Assembly: GCA_964188305.1 (NCBI GenBank)
Contig: OZ076890.1
From: Podarcis bocagei
Lineage: Eukaryota
Length of the DNA stretch: 64,000 nt
Direction: 5' to 3' (one strand)
The notes beneath the pieces are model-generated. The model was not told where the DNA came from, did not search any database, and was given only the letters and a program-made list of their open reading frames with translations. The translations under genes and the position numbers were made by a program. Positions 22,401 to 37,199 of the stretch are shown here, one piece after another; within the stretch, counting starts at the first letter, position 1, and each line of letters opens with the position of its first letter.

Positions 22401-23624
22401 GTGGTTTACAAAACATTAAATGGCTAAATATATATGAAATGCAGGTAGTTCAAATTATGGCATTAAAGTAACATTACAAATCAAAATATGATATGATCTG
22501 GACTTTGGAGGGGACAGTCTAATATATGTAAATCTGTTGATGCTTATTCTAAAATTCACATATTTGCAGTGTGGCATGTGCTTTAAGTGAAATTGTAGAG
22601 CGGGAGTGGGGCTCCTATAGTCTTCCAGTTGTATCAGTCCCCCAAACCATGGTCAGTGGTAGCAATGATGGAATCTGTAGTTGAGCTACTTCTGGAGGGC
22701 CAAAGTTTCCCCACCTGTTGTAGAGACTTGCTCGAACCTTTTTGGTTTATACTAAGAAGACACTGCTTCAGTTTGTGGTTCTGTCCTGCATGTCCAGTCT
22801 TCTTCATATCTGCCTTGCCCCGCACAAAAACTCAGTATCTGTGACTGGACTCCCAAAGTATTCAGTTTTGCCTGTGTAGTTGGCATTACTTATATTCCCA
22901 AAGTCAATTCTTAAAATAACTGCGCCCACATTTATTTTTTATAGAAAATGCACCTTTACATTTTTCTGTTCTGTTCTGCTCTGCTTCCCCCAAACCTCAA
23001 CTTACTAGCATACAGTGAAAGCATACCTTGGTTTTCTGCTTCCTCTTTTCCATCTAGTTATTCTAAAAGCAGCCCGTGAACGTTTCACTTCCTCAAAAAG
23101 AAGGGGGGGGGGGTTTAAGATTACCATGATTACACAATAACTTATTATTTGCCAAGTAATCAAAAGGGGGGGGGGGTATTCTGTGATCGAGCTACTGCCA
23201 CTTCCTAAGCCCTGCTGGCTTGCTCTGGGAGTTTGGCTTTTCTTGTTCTTCTCTAATTTTGACTTTTTAAAAAAGTTTTCCTCCTAAAAACACAAATGGG
23301 AGGGGATATATAGGGCATCTTGGTGGAATGAAGGCTTTTTGGATCCCTGCAGATCCAGGGGCTTTTGTGATCTGCCCACTTTCAAGCTTACCTACCAGAA
23401 TATAAATCCGATGTTATACCTGCACATGCTGAGCTTTCTGTGGGTGTACTGGGGCATCCTCCTGAGATGTGTTTTCCTGTCTGCAGGCCTCTCCACTGGT
23501 AAGAGTGGCACACTACATCTAAAGGCACTTTTGCTGGTGTACGGCCTTAGTAGTTGTTGAGGTTTTTTAAAGTGCATGGCATTACTGTGTCTAAAAGTGA
23601 ATACAATGTCTCTCTTTTTTACAG

Positions 23625-23666
23625 GTGTTGGATTACAATGACTGAACAGTAAGGGTAGTTTATTTG
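23625..23666 (+). other. RAB9A: Candidate RAB9A 5' UTR exon
   Basis: Strong acceptor tctcttttttacag| and donor |gtaagt. Confidence 0.45.
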
Positions 23667-24064
23667 GTAAGTGTTTCATATGCTTGTAATATTAGATGTC
23701 TTCTGCATTTCTAAAATTTCAAGTAGAGGAAAGATCGAGGGGAGGAGGGTGTACCAGGAAATATGGCAGAGGTGGTTGCTTGGCAGAATACTGGTAAATC
23801 CCAGAAATTTCCTTCTAAACAGATCTTAGGAACTGTTCATATTACCACTGTTTTCTGAGATGCTTCAGGAGGATGAGGTCAGTTCAAAAGCAGGATGGAG
23901 TTAGTTTAACAGTGGTCATGGTGGTTGTAATATGTCTGGGTGAATGGAGAAGAGAGCAAGCCTGATCTTATACTGGCAGCCTGGCTGTTAGCATGCAGTC
24001 AGTTTGTATAGCATGATAATTTCTCATTCACAGAATGATTTTAGTATAATTAAAAATCAATCTA

Positions 24065-24309
24065 CTCCTGCCAACCTAGCAGTTTGAAAGCATGTCAAAG
24101 TGCAAGTAGATAAATAGGTACCGCTCCGGTGGGAAGGTAAACGGCGTTTCCGTGCGCTGCTTTGGTTCGCCAGAAGCGGCTGAGTCATGCTGGCCACATG
24201 ACCCGGAAGCTGTATGCCAGCTCCCTCGGCCAGTAAAGCAAGATAGGCGCCGCAACCCCAGAGTCGGCCACAACTGGACATAACGGTCAGGGGTCCCTTT
24301 ACCTTTACC
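24065..24309 (+). mobile_element. Sauria SINE (Squam1), 5'-truncated
   Basis: cctgccaacctagcagtttgaaagc..gtgcaagtagataaataggtacc..ccctttacctttacc. Confidence 0.9.
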
Positions 24310-24651
24310 ATTTGTGACTAAACTTTAGAAAGCAACTAAAGTGCCCTTGATTTAATCGCTACCATTTACAGCAGGCCTTTAACATATAATAGAACAGCTT
24401 TATCTGTCTATGTTGTTGCTTACAGTTATATTGCATTTTAATCTATCTGTTATTTTTGAACTGATTTTAATGGATGAATTTATGAATATTGCTAGCCTCG
24501 CCTCTTTTGTGAGGAAGGGCCAGTTATAATAAATAAGTAAATCCCATATCAAATAGATATTTGTGTAACAAGTTGGAATTTCTTTGTATGAACTAGATCT
24601 GTTCTATTTTGCAGAACTGGATATAAGAAAATATCTGTTCTTGAAGCAACA

Positions 24652-25257
24652 ATGTCAGCAAAATCAACGCTCCTTAAAGTAATCCTTCTTGGTGATGGAG
24701 GAGTGGGCAAGAGTTCGATTATGAACAGATACGTCACTAACAAGTTTGACACAGAGCTGTTCCACACAATAGGTGTCGAGTTTTTAAATAAAGACCTGGA
24801 AGTGGATGGGCACTTTGTCACAATGCAGATATGGGACACGGCTGGTCAAGAACGTTTTAGGAGCTTGCGGACTCCTTTCTATAGAGGTTCTGACTGCTGC
24901 CTTCTCACTTTCAGCGTAGATGACTCTCAGAGCTTCCAGAATCTGGGCAATTGGAAGAAAGAATTCATTTACTATGCAGATGTCAAAGAGCCTGAAACGT
25001 TTCCTTTTGTGATACTGGGAAACAAAGTTGATATTAGCGAGAGGCAAGTGTCTACAGAAGAAGTCCAGAACTGGTGCAGGAACAACGGCAACCATCCTTA
25101 CTTTGAAACCAGTGCAAAAGATGCCATTAATGTTGCTGCAGCCTTTGAAGAAGCTGTTCGAAGAGTTCTTGCCACTGATGATAGGTCAGATCACTTGATT
25201 CAAACTGATACAGTAAACCTTCACCGGAAGCCCAAGCCTAGCTCATCATGCTGTTGA
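24652..25257 (+). CDS. RAB9A: Ras-related protein Rab-9A, 201 aa
   Basis: GDGGVGKS, WDTAGQERFRSLRTPFYRG, GNKVD, ETSAK, C-terminal RKPKPSSSCC; acceptor at 24614; AATAAA at 25498 and 25803; synteny. Confidence 0.98.
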   Translation: MSAKSTLLKVILLGDGGVGKSSIMNRYVTNKFDTELFHTIGVEFLNKDLEVDGHFVTMQIWDTAGQERFRSLRTPFYRGSDCCLLTFSVDDSQSFQNLGNWKKEFIYYADVKEPETFPFVILGNKVDISERQVSTEEVQNWCRNNGNHPYFETSAKDAINVAAAFEEAVRRVLATDDRSDHLIQTDTVNLHRKPKPSSSCC

Positions 25258-26304
25258 CTATTTTGTTTTATTTTCCAGCCATATATAGTTCTAACTTAAC
25301 TTGAAGTAATAATAGATCAAATATGATTCAGTGGGTGCCACTCTAATATATTAAAACTGTAACATTCTACTGCTTTATGTGTCGGCAGAGGAAAGCTTCT
25401 TTTCAATAAGTAGCCTGTTACTATGTTAGTGGAGTCTGACATCTGGGAAGGTACCAGCTGAAGAGTTGATTTAATTTAAATGTGTCATTCAAAAATTAAT
25501 AAATTATATACTAAAACTTGAAAGTTCTAGAAGCACTACTTGGGAGGACTTGTTCTGAAATTCAGATGCAGAATAGATTTTTTTATATGTACATATATAT
25601 TTTTATGAGATCACCAGCCCATGTTTTGCTTCACTAAAACCCTTTTTTCATAAAGCAGTAATGGTAGGTGATAGGGTCTTGTTCTAGTTCTCATCTTTAA
25701 AGTGATTTTTCTTTTTAAAAAAATCAAAGCTAATATAAGTATTTTAAGGGCTTTTGCTATTTGCCTAGTGTCACTGAATTGCCTGTAGATTTTATGTTAG
25801 GAAATAAACCTGCATACATGGAGCCTGCCTGGTTGTGTCTTCCTGCCCCTTTCATCTGTAATTGATTTCTATAAGGTTGGAGAACATATCAAGAGTTTTC
25901 AAAAGAAGGGGCTTAATGTAGCTCCTCATTGATACTAAAATTTCCCTTTGGCATGGTTTTAATCTTAATTATGTATTGTCAATCTGAAATAGTTGTTTAT
26001 CCTGGCCCCAGTGGGCAGTTACTTGGATTGCAGGATTTAAGGTTTTGAGTGAGAAAGCATTCAATAATTTTTTGTAGCAACATTTTTAAAAGTTAGAGCT
26101 GCAATCCTGTGCACACTTATCTTGAGAGTAATCTGTATTGGAAGCAATGTGACTAACTCTTGAGTAAACACAGGATTCTGCTGCAAGTTGCTTCAGTATG
26201 AGAGATGGTTGAAAGGTTCACAGCCTCTGCCTTTCTCAATGAGCAGTTTTCCATGGCATTATCTTAAGCAGCTGAAGTATGTTTGAATACCACAATGTTT
26301 GATA

Positions 26305-26429
26305 CCAGCAAAGCTGAACCTGTGCTCTCCAGAGGTTGTTGGACTACAACTCCCATCAGCCCTGCCCACACTGGCTGGGGCTGATGGGAGTTGAACTCAA
26401 ACATCTGGAGAGCCAGATTCCCCACTCCA
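26305..26429. mobile_element. hAT-type MITE (ggactacaactcccatc family); further copies near 22605-22715, 30710-30840 and 58150-58260
   Basis: Internal inverted repeat aactcccatcagccc / gggctgatgggagtt. Confidence 0.7.
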
Positions 26430-28926
26430 GGCACTCCCTTTTGTTAGATTGCTTTTTGGATGGATAACATCCATTCTCAGGCAGTTGTTGCAGCACAGTG
26501 CGAGAAAGGGCAGCTTGGACTTAGGATAAGAACTTTCACTCATTCCTTATGCCTTAGGCAAATCTTCTCATAAGCATTAAAAGAGCAGTTGCCTTCAACT
26601 GCTTGCTCGTGACTTCATACAAATTATTTGATCTTGATCTATGGGGCTTTCTGTACTTTGATCAACTGAAAATAGAGCTGTGGCTGGAGATTCGGGCCAT
26701 GCTTAATGGGCAGCATAGAAAAGGGCATATGATCTGAACTACTCTCACACACATGCTAGACAAGTATGTGGCTGGATGGTTGAGTAGAGAAGTTATTTTG
26801 CTATACCACTTGTGTGTGGAAGCGCTATACTTTTTGCCGGGGTACTCACTATGCAAGATGCCTTATTGCCATTAGCTTTGTGAAGTTATTAAAAATGAAT
26901 GCTGTTTAATGTGATAAACATCTCAGAGGGCCAATATGCTAATGTTATCAGTGAAAACAGAAACACAGCATAACTTGTGGGAGGGTGACACTTCCTCAGA
27001 AGGTTTCCTATCACCCACCCATCTGCCTAACATCAGTGCAGGAAGGATCCTACAGACCTTTGAGCTGCAGGTTGACAAGGAGCTCATGTACTTATTCCAG
27101 TGAATATATTGTCAAAGTACAGGTTTGTGGACACTAGGCAGAATTCAGCAGAGGGGGTGAAAACTAGAGTGTGCTGGTATATGGCTGGGTGGAAAAGGAA
27201 ACCATCTCTTTATCAGTAAATATGACCTACAGGGCTTCATTACTGTTCAGACTTATTTTAGTGTTTAAACTCGAGAGCATAAGTAATGACAGAAATGTGT
27301 GTGTGTGCGCGCGTGCACACACACACACAAACTTTTGAAAAATACATCGCTAATGTTCCTCAAATAAGATGTTTCCCAGAAAATAGTGACCCTACAAGTA
27401 TGTGTTAACCTGGAGTGGTATTCAGTTAAGTTTTACTCAACACAGACCTATTGAAATCAATGGACCTAGCTTATGGTCATTAATTTCAGTGGGTCCACTC
27501 GAGTAAAATTTTGTTGAATACCACCCTCTTAGTCTTTTAATCCTTGGCAGTACCCAGTGCTGCCATTTTGCTTGCACAACAGACTCTTGCTTGTAAAACA
27601 GCAACTTTCTCCTCTCCTGAAGCCCCTCATGCATTCTCCAAAATTGATCCAGCAGATTAGTGGGTAGTGGGGAGAGGAAGCAGAAGTTCTGTTGCATAAG
27701 CAGAACACTGCCTGCACAGTTTTGGGGGCCAGCCATAGTGTGTGTTCTTGAACAACACAATGTCACAGAATCCTTGGGCCAAATGGTTTTGTGACTTGTG
27801 TTACTGTAATTCAGAGAGCTCTGAAGTATTATGACTTGTGCTAGTTATCCAAGGCTTTTTCTACATATACTAAAGAAAAGAGACCTACATGGTTAAAGAT
27901 GCAGCATACTTTGTTTGTACTGCTGAATACTTCCTCCTGTTAAGTTACAACATACCCAGGGCAGCAGTTAATATCAGAATAGTTTAATGAACTGAAAGAC
28001 TTAATGACCCATTCAGAAAGCATCAATGCATATAATATTATAAATTTACATTTTATTTGGAATGTTAATTCAGAATCTCTGCAAATGAATCAAACATCAC
28101 ATATGTTATTCTATCACTTCAGTATGTTTATTGTGAAATGTAACCACTCAGTAGGAATGTAGCACAATGAAACTTCAATAGGCTTAAGCAAATTCTTAAG
28201 TAAAACATATAAATGAGTTATTTAATGTAAGACTTTAGTGAGAGCCAGACTACCTAGAGATGTTTTTGGCTTTCTTCCTTACTCTTTTCCAGGCTAAGGC
28301 TATATGGTCTTTCATATACAGTACACATCACTGATGTCAAAGTTAGAGGATTAAGAATACAGGCTATTCAATCTACCTAGAATAGGACTGGATAGTGCTT
28401 AACTTGATTGGATTGTTCCCAATATAATAAGCGTATTATAGAAAACAAAGTAGTGGGATTTAGTTCTGACCTTTTAAGTTTCAGTTAAGTTGCTTGGTGT
28501 TAATACTTGTGTTTCTGTTCTGCTATCCACACCTTTTTCATTTCAACACACCATTCTGGTATCTGGTTAGTCTTAATACTGACATAGCCCTGAACTGAAT
28601 GCTTTCACACTGATCAAAAAATCCTGATGTCTGGCTTGCTTTAGTTATTAAAAAAAACTAGGTTCTTCATTTAACCTTTTGCCAAGCTAGCGGAGGTGCT
28701 GCTTTAAATATTTAATTTTTAAAATTAAATTTGATATATACAAATGTTTTACAGCTAGTGATCACCTATAATAAAGACATCTTTTAGGCTCCTGAAATTG
28801 GTTTTTATATAAGGTAATAGATAACCTTAAGTGTTGTTGTTTTTTTATAATATAGATTAGCCTTTATGGGTTCAGAAATGTCAGATATACAGCAGGCTAT
28901 TTAGGTTCTAATACAGTTACAGTAAC

Positions 28927-29025
28927 TCAACTTAAAAGATGTTTTTTCCCAAGAAACTGGACTTTTCTGTCAAATGCAGTTGATCGAATCTGAGAATTCT
29001 GTTCATAAAATGGATTCATCGCAAA
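28927..29025 (-). CDS. TRAPPC2: TRAPPC2 last coding exon
   Basis: cag|[32 protein letters not shown]. Confidence 0.96.
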   Translation of the reverse strand, partial: FAMNPFYEQNSQIRSTAFDRKVQFLGKKHLLS

Positions 29026-29169
29026 CTGGGGAAAGAAATTAACATAGTGAGAACATATTAGTAATTAAGACATGCCAAAAAAGGTCTAGGCTGAACCACT
29101 TTGAGTGGCTCATTTCACACATACAGCTAAGCCAAATTACAGCCACTTTGCTCCTCTGCCATTCCTGCT

Positions 29170-29350
29170 GCTGTGAGCTAGGCCATAGTTTGGTTTAGTA
29201 TGTTATCTGAATCCAGTCTTGTGATTTATCTTGCTCTAGACAAACTGCAAAGTATTGCTCTTTGCTTACAGCTCATGGTTTGTCTGGAGCAAGACAAACC
29301 ATGAGCCCAGGTTTGGACATGCTATGCCAAACCATGGCTTAGCGCACAAC
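29170..29350. mobile_element. Old palindromic MITE (aaaccatggttt family); related pieces at about 2945-3002 and 29700-29900
   Basis: Long imperfect inverted repeat, e.g. tcttgctctagacaaac / gtttgtctggagcaaga. Confidence 0.55.
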
Positions 29351-30446
29351 AAGAGGAAAATGGTTTTTGTTTAGTGTTGCTTGTGAATCAGGTAAATATA
29401 ACTATTCAGTTGATGGGTTTTTTTTAGAAAAGGAAAATTCAATACTGCATGAGGGTACTTCCTCTTCCAACTGAGCATCTCCAAAATCTTCACAGGATTC
29501 CCCAAACCCTGAAGCAGATTTTGGTGTACACAGGGGCTAGTGAGAGAAGTCCCACTATGCAAGCAAAAGTCTCTACTACAGGTGGGCACAACTGTTATTT
29601 CCCACTATGATCAACCATCTCCAAATACTTTTTAGACAATAAGTTAATGTCAGGATCTACATGACTGCTCTAGCCATATGTAGCTGTCTGATACCGCCCT
29701 AGTTTGTACTTCATATTAAACCATAGTTTAAAACAAACTATGGTGTAATGTGAACACACAGCATGCTGCTGCAGAGTTCTCCACTTCTCCCCTGCTTCTG
29801 TGCCACCATTGTGAAAAACTACAGGTTTGCTATGATATATGAACCCAGGCCTGTTTCTTTCCAAACAAACCATGAGCACAATCTAAGCTTTTCAGCAGCA
29901 TGGACTGGCATGATGTGCATTCACAAGTCATAGTTTAATGCAATGTGCGAAGTGAGCTATTGTATTCTTTCTGTCCTTGAATGAGGAGGCAGGGCCACAT
30001 TTCTTTGCTTGTTACTGAAAAGCGAAGTAAGTGCAGATCATTTGTTTCTACTGTGAAAACCTGGCAGGAAAGAAGGGGTGCGCATACAACTCCTTCCCTC
30101 CTATGACACATGTTGCTTCCTAGCATAAGTCACTGACTCATTTCAGAAGAGGTCCAGCTTGCCTTCCTGTATTGTCAACACAACTTGTTTTACCTGTGCT
30201 GTGGAATCTCTCTTTCCATCACTTCGGGGGCGGGGCAGGGGGCAGTCCTTGTAACATAAGCCTAAATAGGTCATCCTTTATAATATAAACGTGCTAAACA
30301 GCAATTTACACTTCCTTCTAAATGCGGTTCTGTTCATAGACTTGACAAGTAACTGCTAATTAACCTCCTCTAGGTAAAAATTGAATAAGATAGGGTGCCT
30401 TATCCAGACCAAGATTCCCAATATTAATACTGCATAGCTTCCTATA

Positions 30447-30681
30447 CAGTGGTACCAAGGCTTACGAACTTAATCCATTCTGGAAGTCCATTCTTAAACC
30501 AAAACCGTTCTTAAACTGAGGTGCGCTTTCCCTAATGAGGCCTCCCGCTGCCCTTCCACTGTTTGGATTCCATTCTTAGACTGTGGTAAAGTTTGCAAAC
30601 CGGGACACTACCTCCAGTTTTGCAGAGTTCGGAAACTGTATAGTTCGTAAACAGGGCTGTTCTTAAACCAAGGTACCGCTG
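30447..30681. mobile_element. Tc1/mariner (Tigger-like) MITE
   Basis: TA|cagtggtacc..ggtaccgctg|TA. Confidence 0.85.
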
Positions 30682-30856
30682 TATTAGCACAGATAAGAGT
30701 TGATCAATGAGGGAAGACATAGTGCTCTCCAGCTGTTGCTGGGTTATAACTCCCATCATCCCTGACCATTAGCTGTGGTGTCTTGCACTAATGGGAGCTG
30801 TAGTTCAACAACAGCCAGAGGGCACAATGCTAGCTACCTCTCTTATGGATACTTAC

Positions 30857-30942
30857 CTTTATATACAAGTCATAGACATCACTAAAGAAGTTTTTGATTC
30901 CATCTTCTTGCCTTACATCATGAAGCATTATAAATCTCATAT
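30857..30942 (-). CDS. TRAPPC2: TRAPPC2 coding exon 3 (follows the AT-AC intron)
   Basis: ttctac|AT ATG AGA; [29 protein letters not shown]|gtaagt. Confidence 0.96.
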
Positions 30943-32338
<1,396 letters not shown>

Positions 32339-32629
32339 TCAGATATGCAGGCAGTATTCGTTCTGCCTCCATAAAATGTTAAGCCAGTGTATGACTAGAT
32401 GCTGAATCAGCCTGATTTGGGGGATGAAGTGGGGCTGGAGGGGAGGGAAAAGGGAGGAATCAAGCATCAATCAGATACATAGGCACTACCCCTACATAAG
32501 GACAGTAATATTTTCAGTGGCAGCAAATTTAATTAGAATCCAACTATTAACATCAAATTAATACAGACCTTGAGCTACCGGCTTTCTGGACTTAGACATG
32601 CTCATGACTATGTAAAAATTCAGTATTTA

Positions 32630-32770
<141 letters not shown>

Positions 32771-33055
32771 TCATACAGCTGAAGTCTGAAAAAGAGCATA
32801 GATGATACAGCTGAAGACTCAAGCTGGTCTTCCTCTCCATCCTTCTTTCCTAATTAGCTACGCTTTCCTCTGGACCACACTAGTGAGGCAAAGAGCGGAG
32901 TCTTGTTGTATGGGCAAGCCCAGAACCTCTGTTCACACTGCCCAGTCTTGCGTCCTGGGGAGGTCACTTTAGTGCTGCAAACGCAGCAGTTAACTTCACC
33001 CCTGAAGGCACACTCCATTGCATCTCCAGGCAGACCGATGCCAACAACAAAAAGA

Positions 33056-33186
33056 GAAGAGACTCTTGATTTCAGGGTCGTGAGTTCGAACCCCACATTG
33101 GCCTAAAAGATTCCTGCAAATCACAGGGGCTAGAATAGATGACCCTCGTGGTCCTTTCCAACTATGCAATTATATGATTCTATCAT
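33056..33186 (+). mobile_element. Squam2-like SINE (tRNA-Lys-derived head and CR1-like tail), 5'-truncated
   Basis: gagactcttgatttcagggtcgtgagttcgaaccccac followed by gattcctgca..ttccaact..tatgattctat. Confidence 0.75.
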
Positions 33187-33359
33187 CCTGGCAGACATTC
33201 AGGCCTCACGGTGAGTGGGCATGAACCGCACAGAACCAACCTCAATGGAGAACCACCGCTGTCCCCCTTTAATGCCTCTACCATCGACCGTTCAGCGGGG
33301 ACCAGTTTTACTATTTCCCAAGCAGACGTTTTAACAGGAGTAGGGAAAAGAGGTTTTAC

Positions 33360-34060
33360 CTGAGGTCCAGAGAGGCAGATACAGGAAGAAGAGAAAGCAG
33401 AAGGCAGCGAGGCGCTCCTCCCCAAAACATCCGGCGCAGAGTGATGTCGTCATAGAGACCAGCCCCTTTTATTGGTTGATTCTGATGGGCGGGTCTCTCG
33501 ACGGCGAGTTGTCGCGAGAGTTCTGCAATAGCGACGTGCTTGGGCTGAGCGCTAGTAACCGCGGCAACGAGAGCGAGCGAGAGCCTTGAAGCGGCGGTTG
33601 GGAGCGAGTGGCCGTTGGGAGTGGGGGCGGGACTTGAGAAGCGCGTCTGCGCGAGGCCGTTGGAAAAGCCTCTCGCGGCGCCTCAGAGGCGACTTCGCGC
33701 CCGGCCGCCGCCTCCCTTTTTCTCGGTGTGTTTCCTGCCCGTGTCAGAACTTCCCCGCTCTCCTCGCCACAAAATAGACCCTGAAACTCGGAAGGAGGAG
33801 CTGAGAAGGGCCCCGCCGCCGCGCCTCAAGAGTTGTGCCCGGCCGGCTTCCTGAAGCGCCTCTCCTTGACCAGAGAAGCGTAGCCGCTTCCTTTCGCAGC
33901 CGTCCTCGCGATACGACCAGGCGGCGGGGAGCGGAGTGCGCTTCTCGAGGCCGGCCAGAAAGCAGGCGGGGAGCAAAAGGTCTAGCAAAGAGGTGGGCTA
34001 GTAGGAAGGGTCGTTTAAAAAACAACACACGGAAGAGAATGTGCTTTGGACTGCGCGCAA
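33360..34060. promoter_or_regulatory. Bidirectional CpG-island promoter of TRAPPC2 (-) and OFD1 (+), with non-coding first exons
   Basis: Minus-strand donor CAG|gtaaaa at 33360; ETS ccggat about 33430; CCAAT 33471; tgtcgcgaga about 33510; RFX X-box gtaaccgcggcaac 33555-33568. Confidence 0.85.
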
Positions 34061-36494
34061 CTCTTATTATTATTGGTATTATTTATAAGGTGTCTGAAGT
34101 TTTATAGGTACTACAAAAAAGGTCGGGAGACTCAACCTGTAGACTTGCTTACTTTTTTTCCTCCCTAGTTCGTTTCACAATTGAACAGACACAGTACTGG
34201 GGAATGGGTAGGAAACGGGAAAAACCCTGGCGTTGCCCACTGCTAACATGGCCTGTATTAAATTGGGTTGCACCTAGTAGTTAAATGAAATAGGCAGCTC
34301 GTATACTTGCAGCTGTGACAACAGCTCCTCCCCCAGGGCAAGAAGATGTATTTTCTTTCTCTTTCTTTCCCCACTTGCCATTTACCAGGGCACTGGATGG
34401 AGATAACAGGGAGGCATACTTCCTTACAAGATGAGCTGTTTGACAGAGGAGCATATTGTCTCAGGAGGTAGTGGTACATGCACATAGTCAGGATTTTTTT
34501 TTGGGGGGGGGGAGGATTTATGTTAGGGGGCAGAACCAAGCTATCTGTGATGTGATTGGTCAGCTAAGTATTTGTATTTACTTGATTTAGGGGTAGCAGC
34601 TGCCTCTCCTTGGCTACGCCTATGTGGTGGTGAGTTCTTGTAGGTGTTTAAGTAGAGATGGCTGCCACAGGTGTTGTAATCCTGCATTCGTGATCTGGTG
34701 TTGAGCAGGTCTAGATGACATCTCAGATTCCTTTCAGTTCTGTTATTCTAGAATCTTAAAACAATTGTGTCACCACATACGTCAATTTTCTGTTGATTCT
34801 GAATGTTATGCATATTGTAATTTCTCACAGGCAGAACGATCTGAGTTGGCCCTGGGAGGCTGGTCACAACAAATTCTCAATTACACCCACAGGCTTGCCA
34901 ACCAGGATGAAAAGCAGTGTTTAGAAACTGAGATATGAAAGCTAGGAGATAAATGGCACCTTAAACCTAGGTTATGGGCACAACAACAGAATGTCTAAGC
35001 ATGCTTTAAAAAAAATACAAAGCTGAAAATGAATGACAGCTAAATGAACTACAGCTAAAATAATTCTGTTCATTTTTCACATGGTGTCTAGTCCTTATCC
35101 TGCCCACCCCCCTAATATTCTTAAGAGGGTCTCCTTTCCAGTCTTTAGGGAGTAGCTGGAAGTGCGGAGGCAGAAAAAGGTCCTCCTCTCCTTCCACTCT
35201 GCAGTTTTAATCTGAAATCGTAGGCGCAGCACTGTGCCCAGAGCTCAGAAACTGCTTGCGCTAATGAATCTTCCTGTCACAAAATGCACCTAGAACAATG
35301 GGAGTTTCGAACACTGATGAAAAGGGAGGTTTTTTTGTTGTTGTTTTTTTGCTGCACCAGCTCTAAGCTGCCATAGCAGAGAGGCACAAATCAGACCCTT
35401 CTCCAGAGAGTGGATGGGACTAAGATCCAGTGAATCCTACCCCACCCCTTGTAGTGCCCATTTCAGGGCCTCATGCTGCCTACTCTCTGTGGCAACACAA
35501 CTGGCAGAAGCATTGCTGTGTTTACCACAGCTGTATAATGCAAGGGTTGACTTCATTGTGACACTGGTCAACTCACCCATTGGAATTGAGCTTATTATAT
35601 CTGCTGTACAGGCCTAATCCCCACTTCTGTTTCTTGATCATTTTAGAATGTGAAAGAATATTGGGAGGTGGGATGCAATGTTACGTACATTTTGTGCACA
35701 GTAAAAGTGAGCATGTTTTAATGCATGGTCCTAAGTATACTTATTCAGAAGTCACTGAATTCTATGGGCCTTGTTCCTTGGTAAACACATATAGGACTGC
35801 ATTCTAGTTCTGTATATTTTAGGGGCATTCAAAGTATGCTTTGAAAGTATATTCATACAGAATATAACATTAAAGAATCATGTGCATTAAAGAAACAAAA
35901 TAATTATAGAAAGTTCATTAGACTGTTCAGACTTCAATAAGGTACCCTTCTTTAATTATGATGTGTGTTTCAATCCTATCTTCAACCTTACTTGCTTCTG
36001 TTTCCCTTTACACTGCCTCAATCCCTAGTCAATCTCCTTGCAAACCCATTTTAAAATTTCCATCCCATTGGGATCGAACCTATCCACATAATTTTGAGAC
36101 CTGCATTTGTTTAAATGGACAAGTCTCCGGTTCTTTGCCATTGCAGTTTCAATGCTTTGAATAGAACAGCTGGCAACAGAAGAACATAGGAAAGTGGCTT
36201 AGGTATATAACTAATCATGTCTGTTTACTTCCTTTGTTGAATACTGTTTTTGTAAGTACCAGGATGTTTGTTGATCGTATATGTAAGCTACACTTCACTA
36301 ATTCATAGCCCTGCATTTGCAACTCAAATAAACATGCTGTTTTGATGCATGCTGCTAAGAATCACTTAAGATTTTGAAATTCGGGGTTTTGATATGCGAT
36401 TATTAAAAGGCTGGCAACATTTCTGTTACCATGGCTTGTGTTTTGGGTTGTCTGCAAAAATAGCAATATTGTTTTCTCATGTTTTCAGATCCTA

Positions 36495-36590
36495 ATGTCT
36501 TCAGATGAATTTCCAGCTCTGTCACAAGATGAACTCCGGAGAAGACTATATCAGACATTTAAGAGCCGAGGTGTTTTGGATTCACTTAAG
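36495..36590 (+). CDS. OFD1: OFD1 first coding exon (exon starts at 36489)
   Basis: MSSDEFPALSQDELRRRLYQTFKSRGVLDSLK|gtattt. Confidence 0.9.
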
Positions 36591-36998
36591 GTATTTGATA
36601 TAATTAAGCAAGATTAAAATAATCTTGTTTTATTAAGCAGTATTTATACCCTGCCTACTCACTGAAATTCTCAAGGCAGCTTTCAATATATTTAAAGCAC
36701 AATAAAGTAGACATTGATACAGTAGTCACAACTGTAGGGCAAAGGTGTATGTATATAAGCCATGAAATTATGAGATATATTGAAAGAAATATTGCTGCCA
36801 GATTTTCTCTTGATGTATTGCTTGACTGTTCAATGCGGAAAGCATTATACACACCAATGTAACACAAGGTTTCAGTACACTTAACATATCAAAGTCTTAA
36901 ACTTTTTTCAATTTATTTAATGTTTCTTTTTCACTTTTTCTTCTAGAAATCCCAGTTAACAATAAGTTAACAATAATATAATTTTTTCTTTGTGCCAG

Positions 36999-37199
36999 AC
37001 ACAGCTTCGAAACCAGCTCATACATGATCTAATGAATCCCATTTTAAGTGGAAAAATTCAGCCACAAGCTGTTTCTAGTGAATGCAGTTCATTGTTAATT
37101 GGTGCTTCTAACAGTCTGGTGGCAGATCACCTGCGCAGATGTGGCTATGAATATTCACTATCTGTCTTCTATCCAGAAAGTGGATTAGAAAAGAATAAG
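36999..37199 (+). CDS. OFD1: OFD1 exon (LisH)
   Basis: [17 protein letters not shown]|gtaagt. Confidence 0.95.

Noticed and set aside
33056-33105. tRNA-Lys-like sequence
   Set aside because: 5' half missing and fused to a CR1-like tail; it is a SINE head, not a tRNA gene
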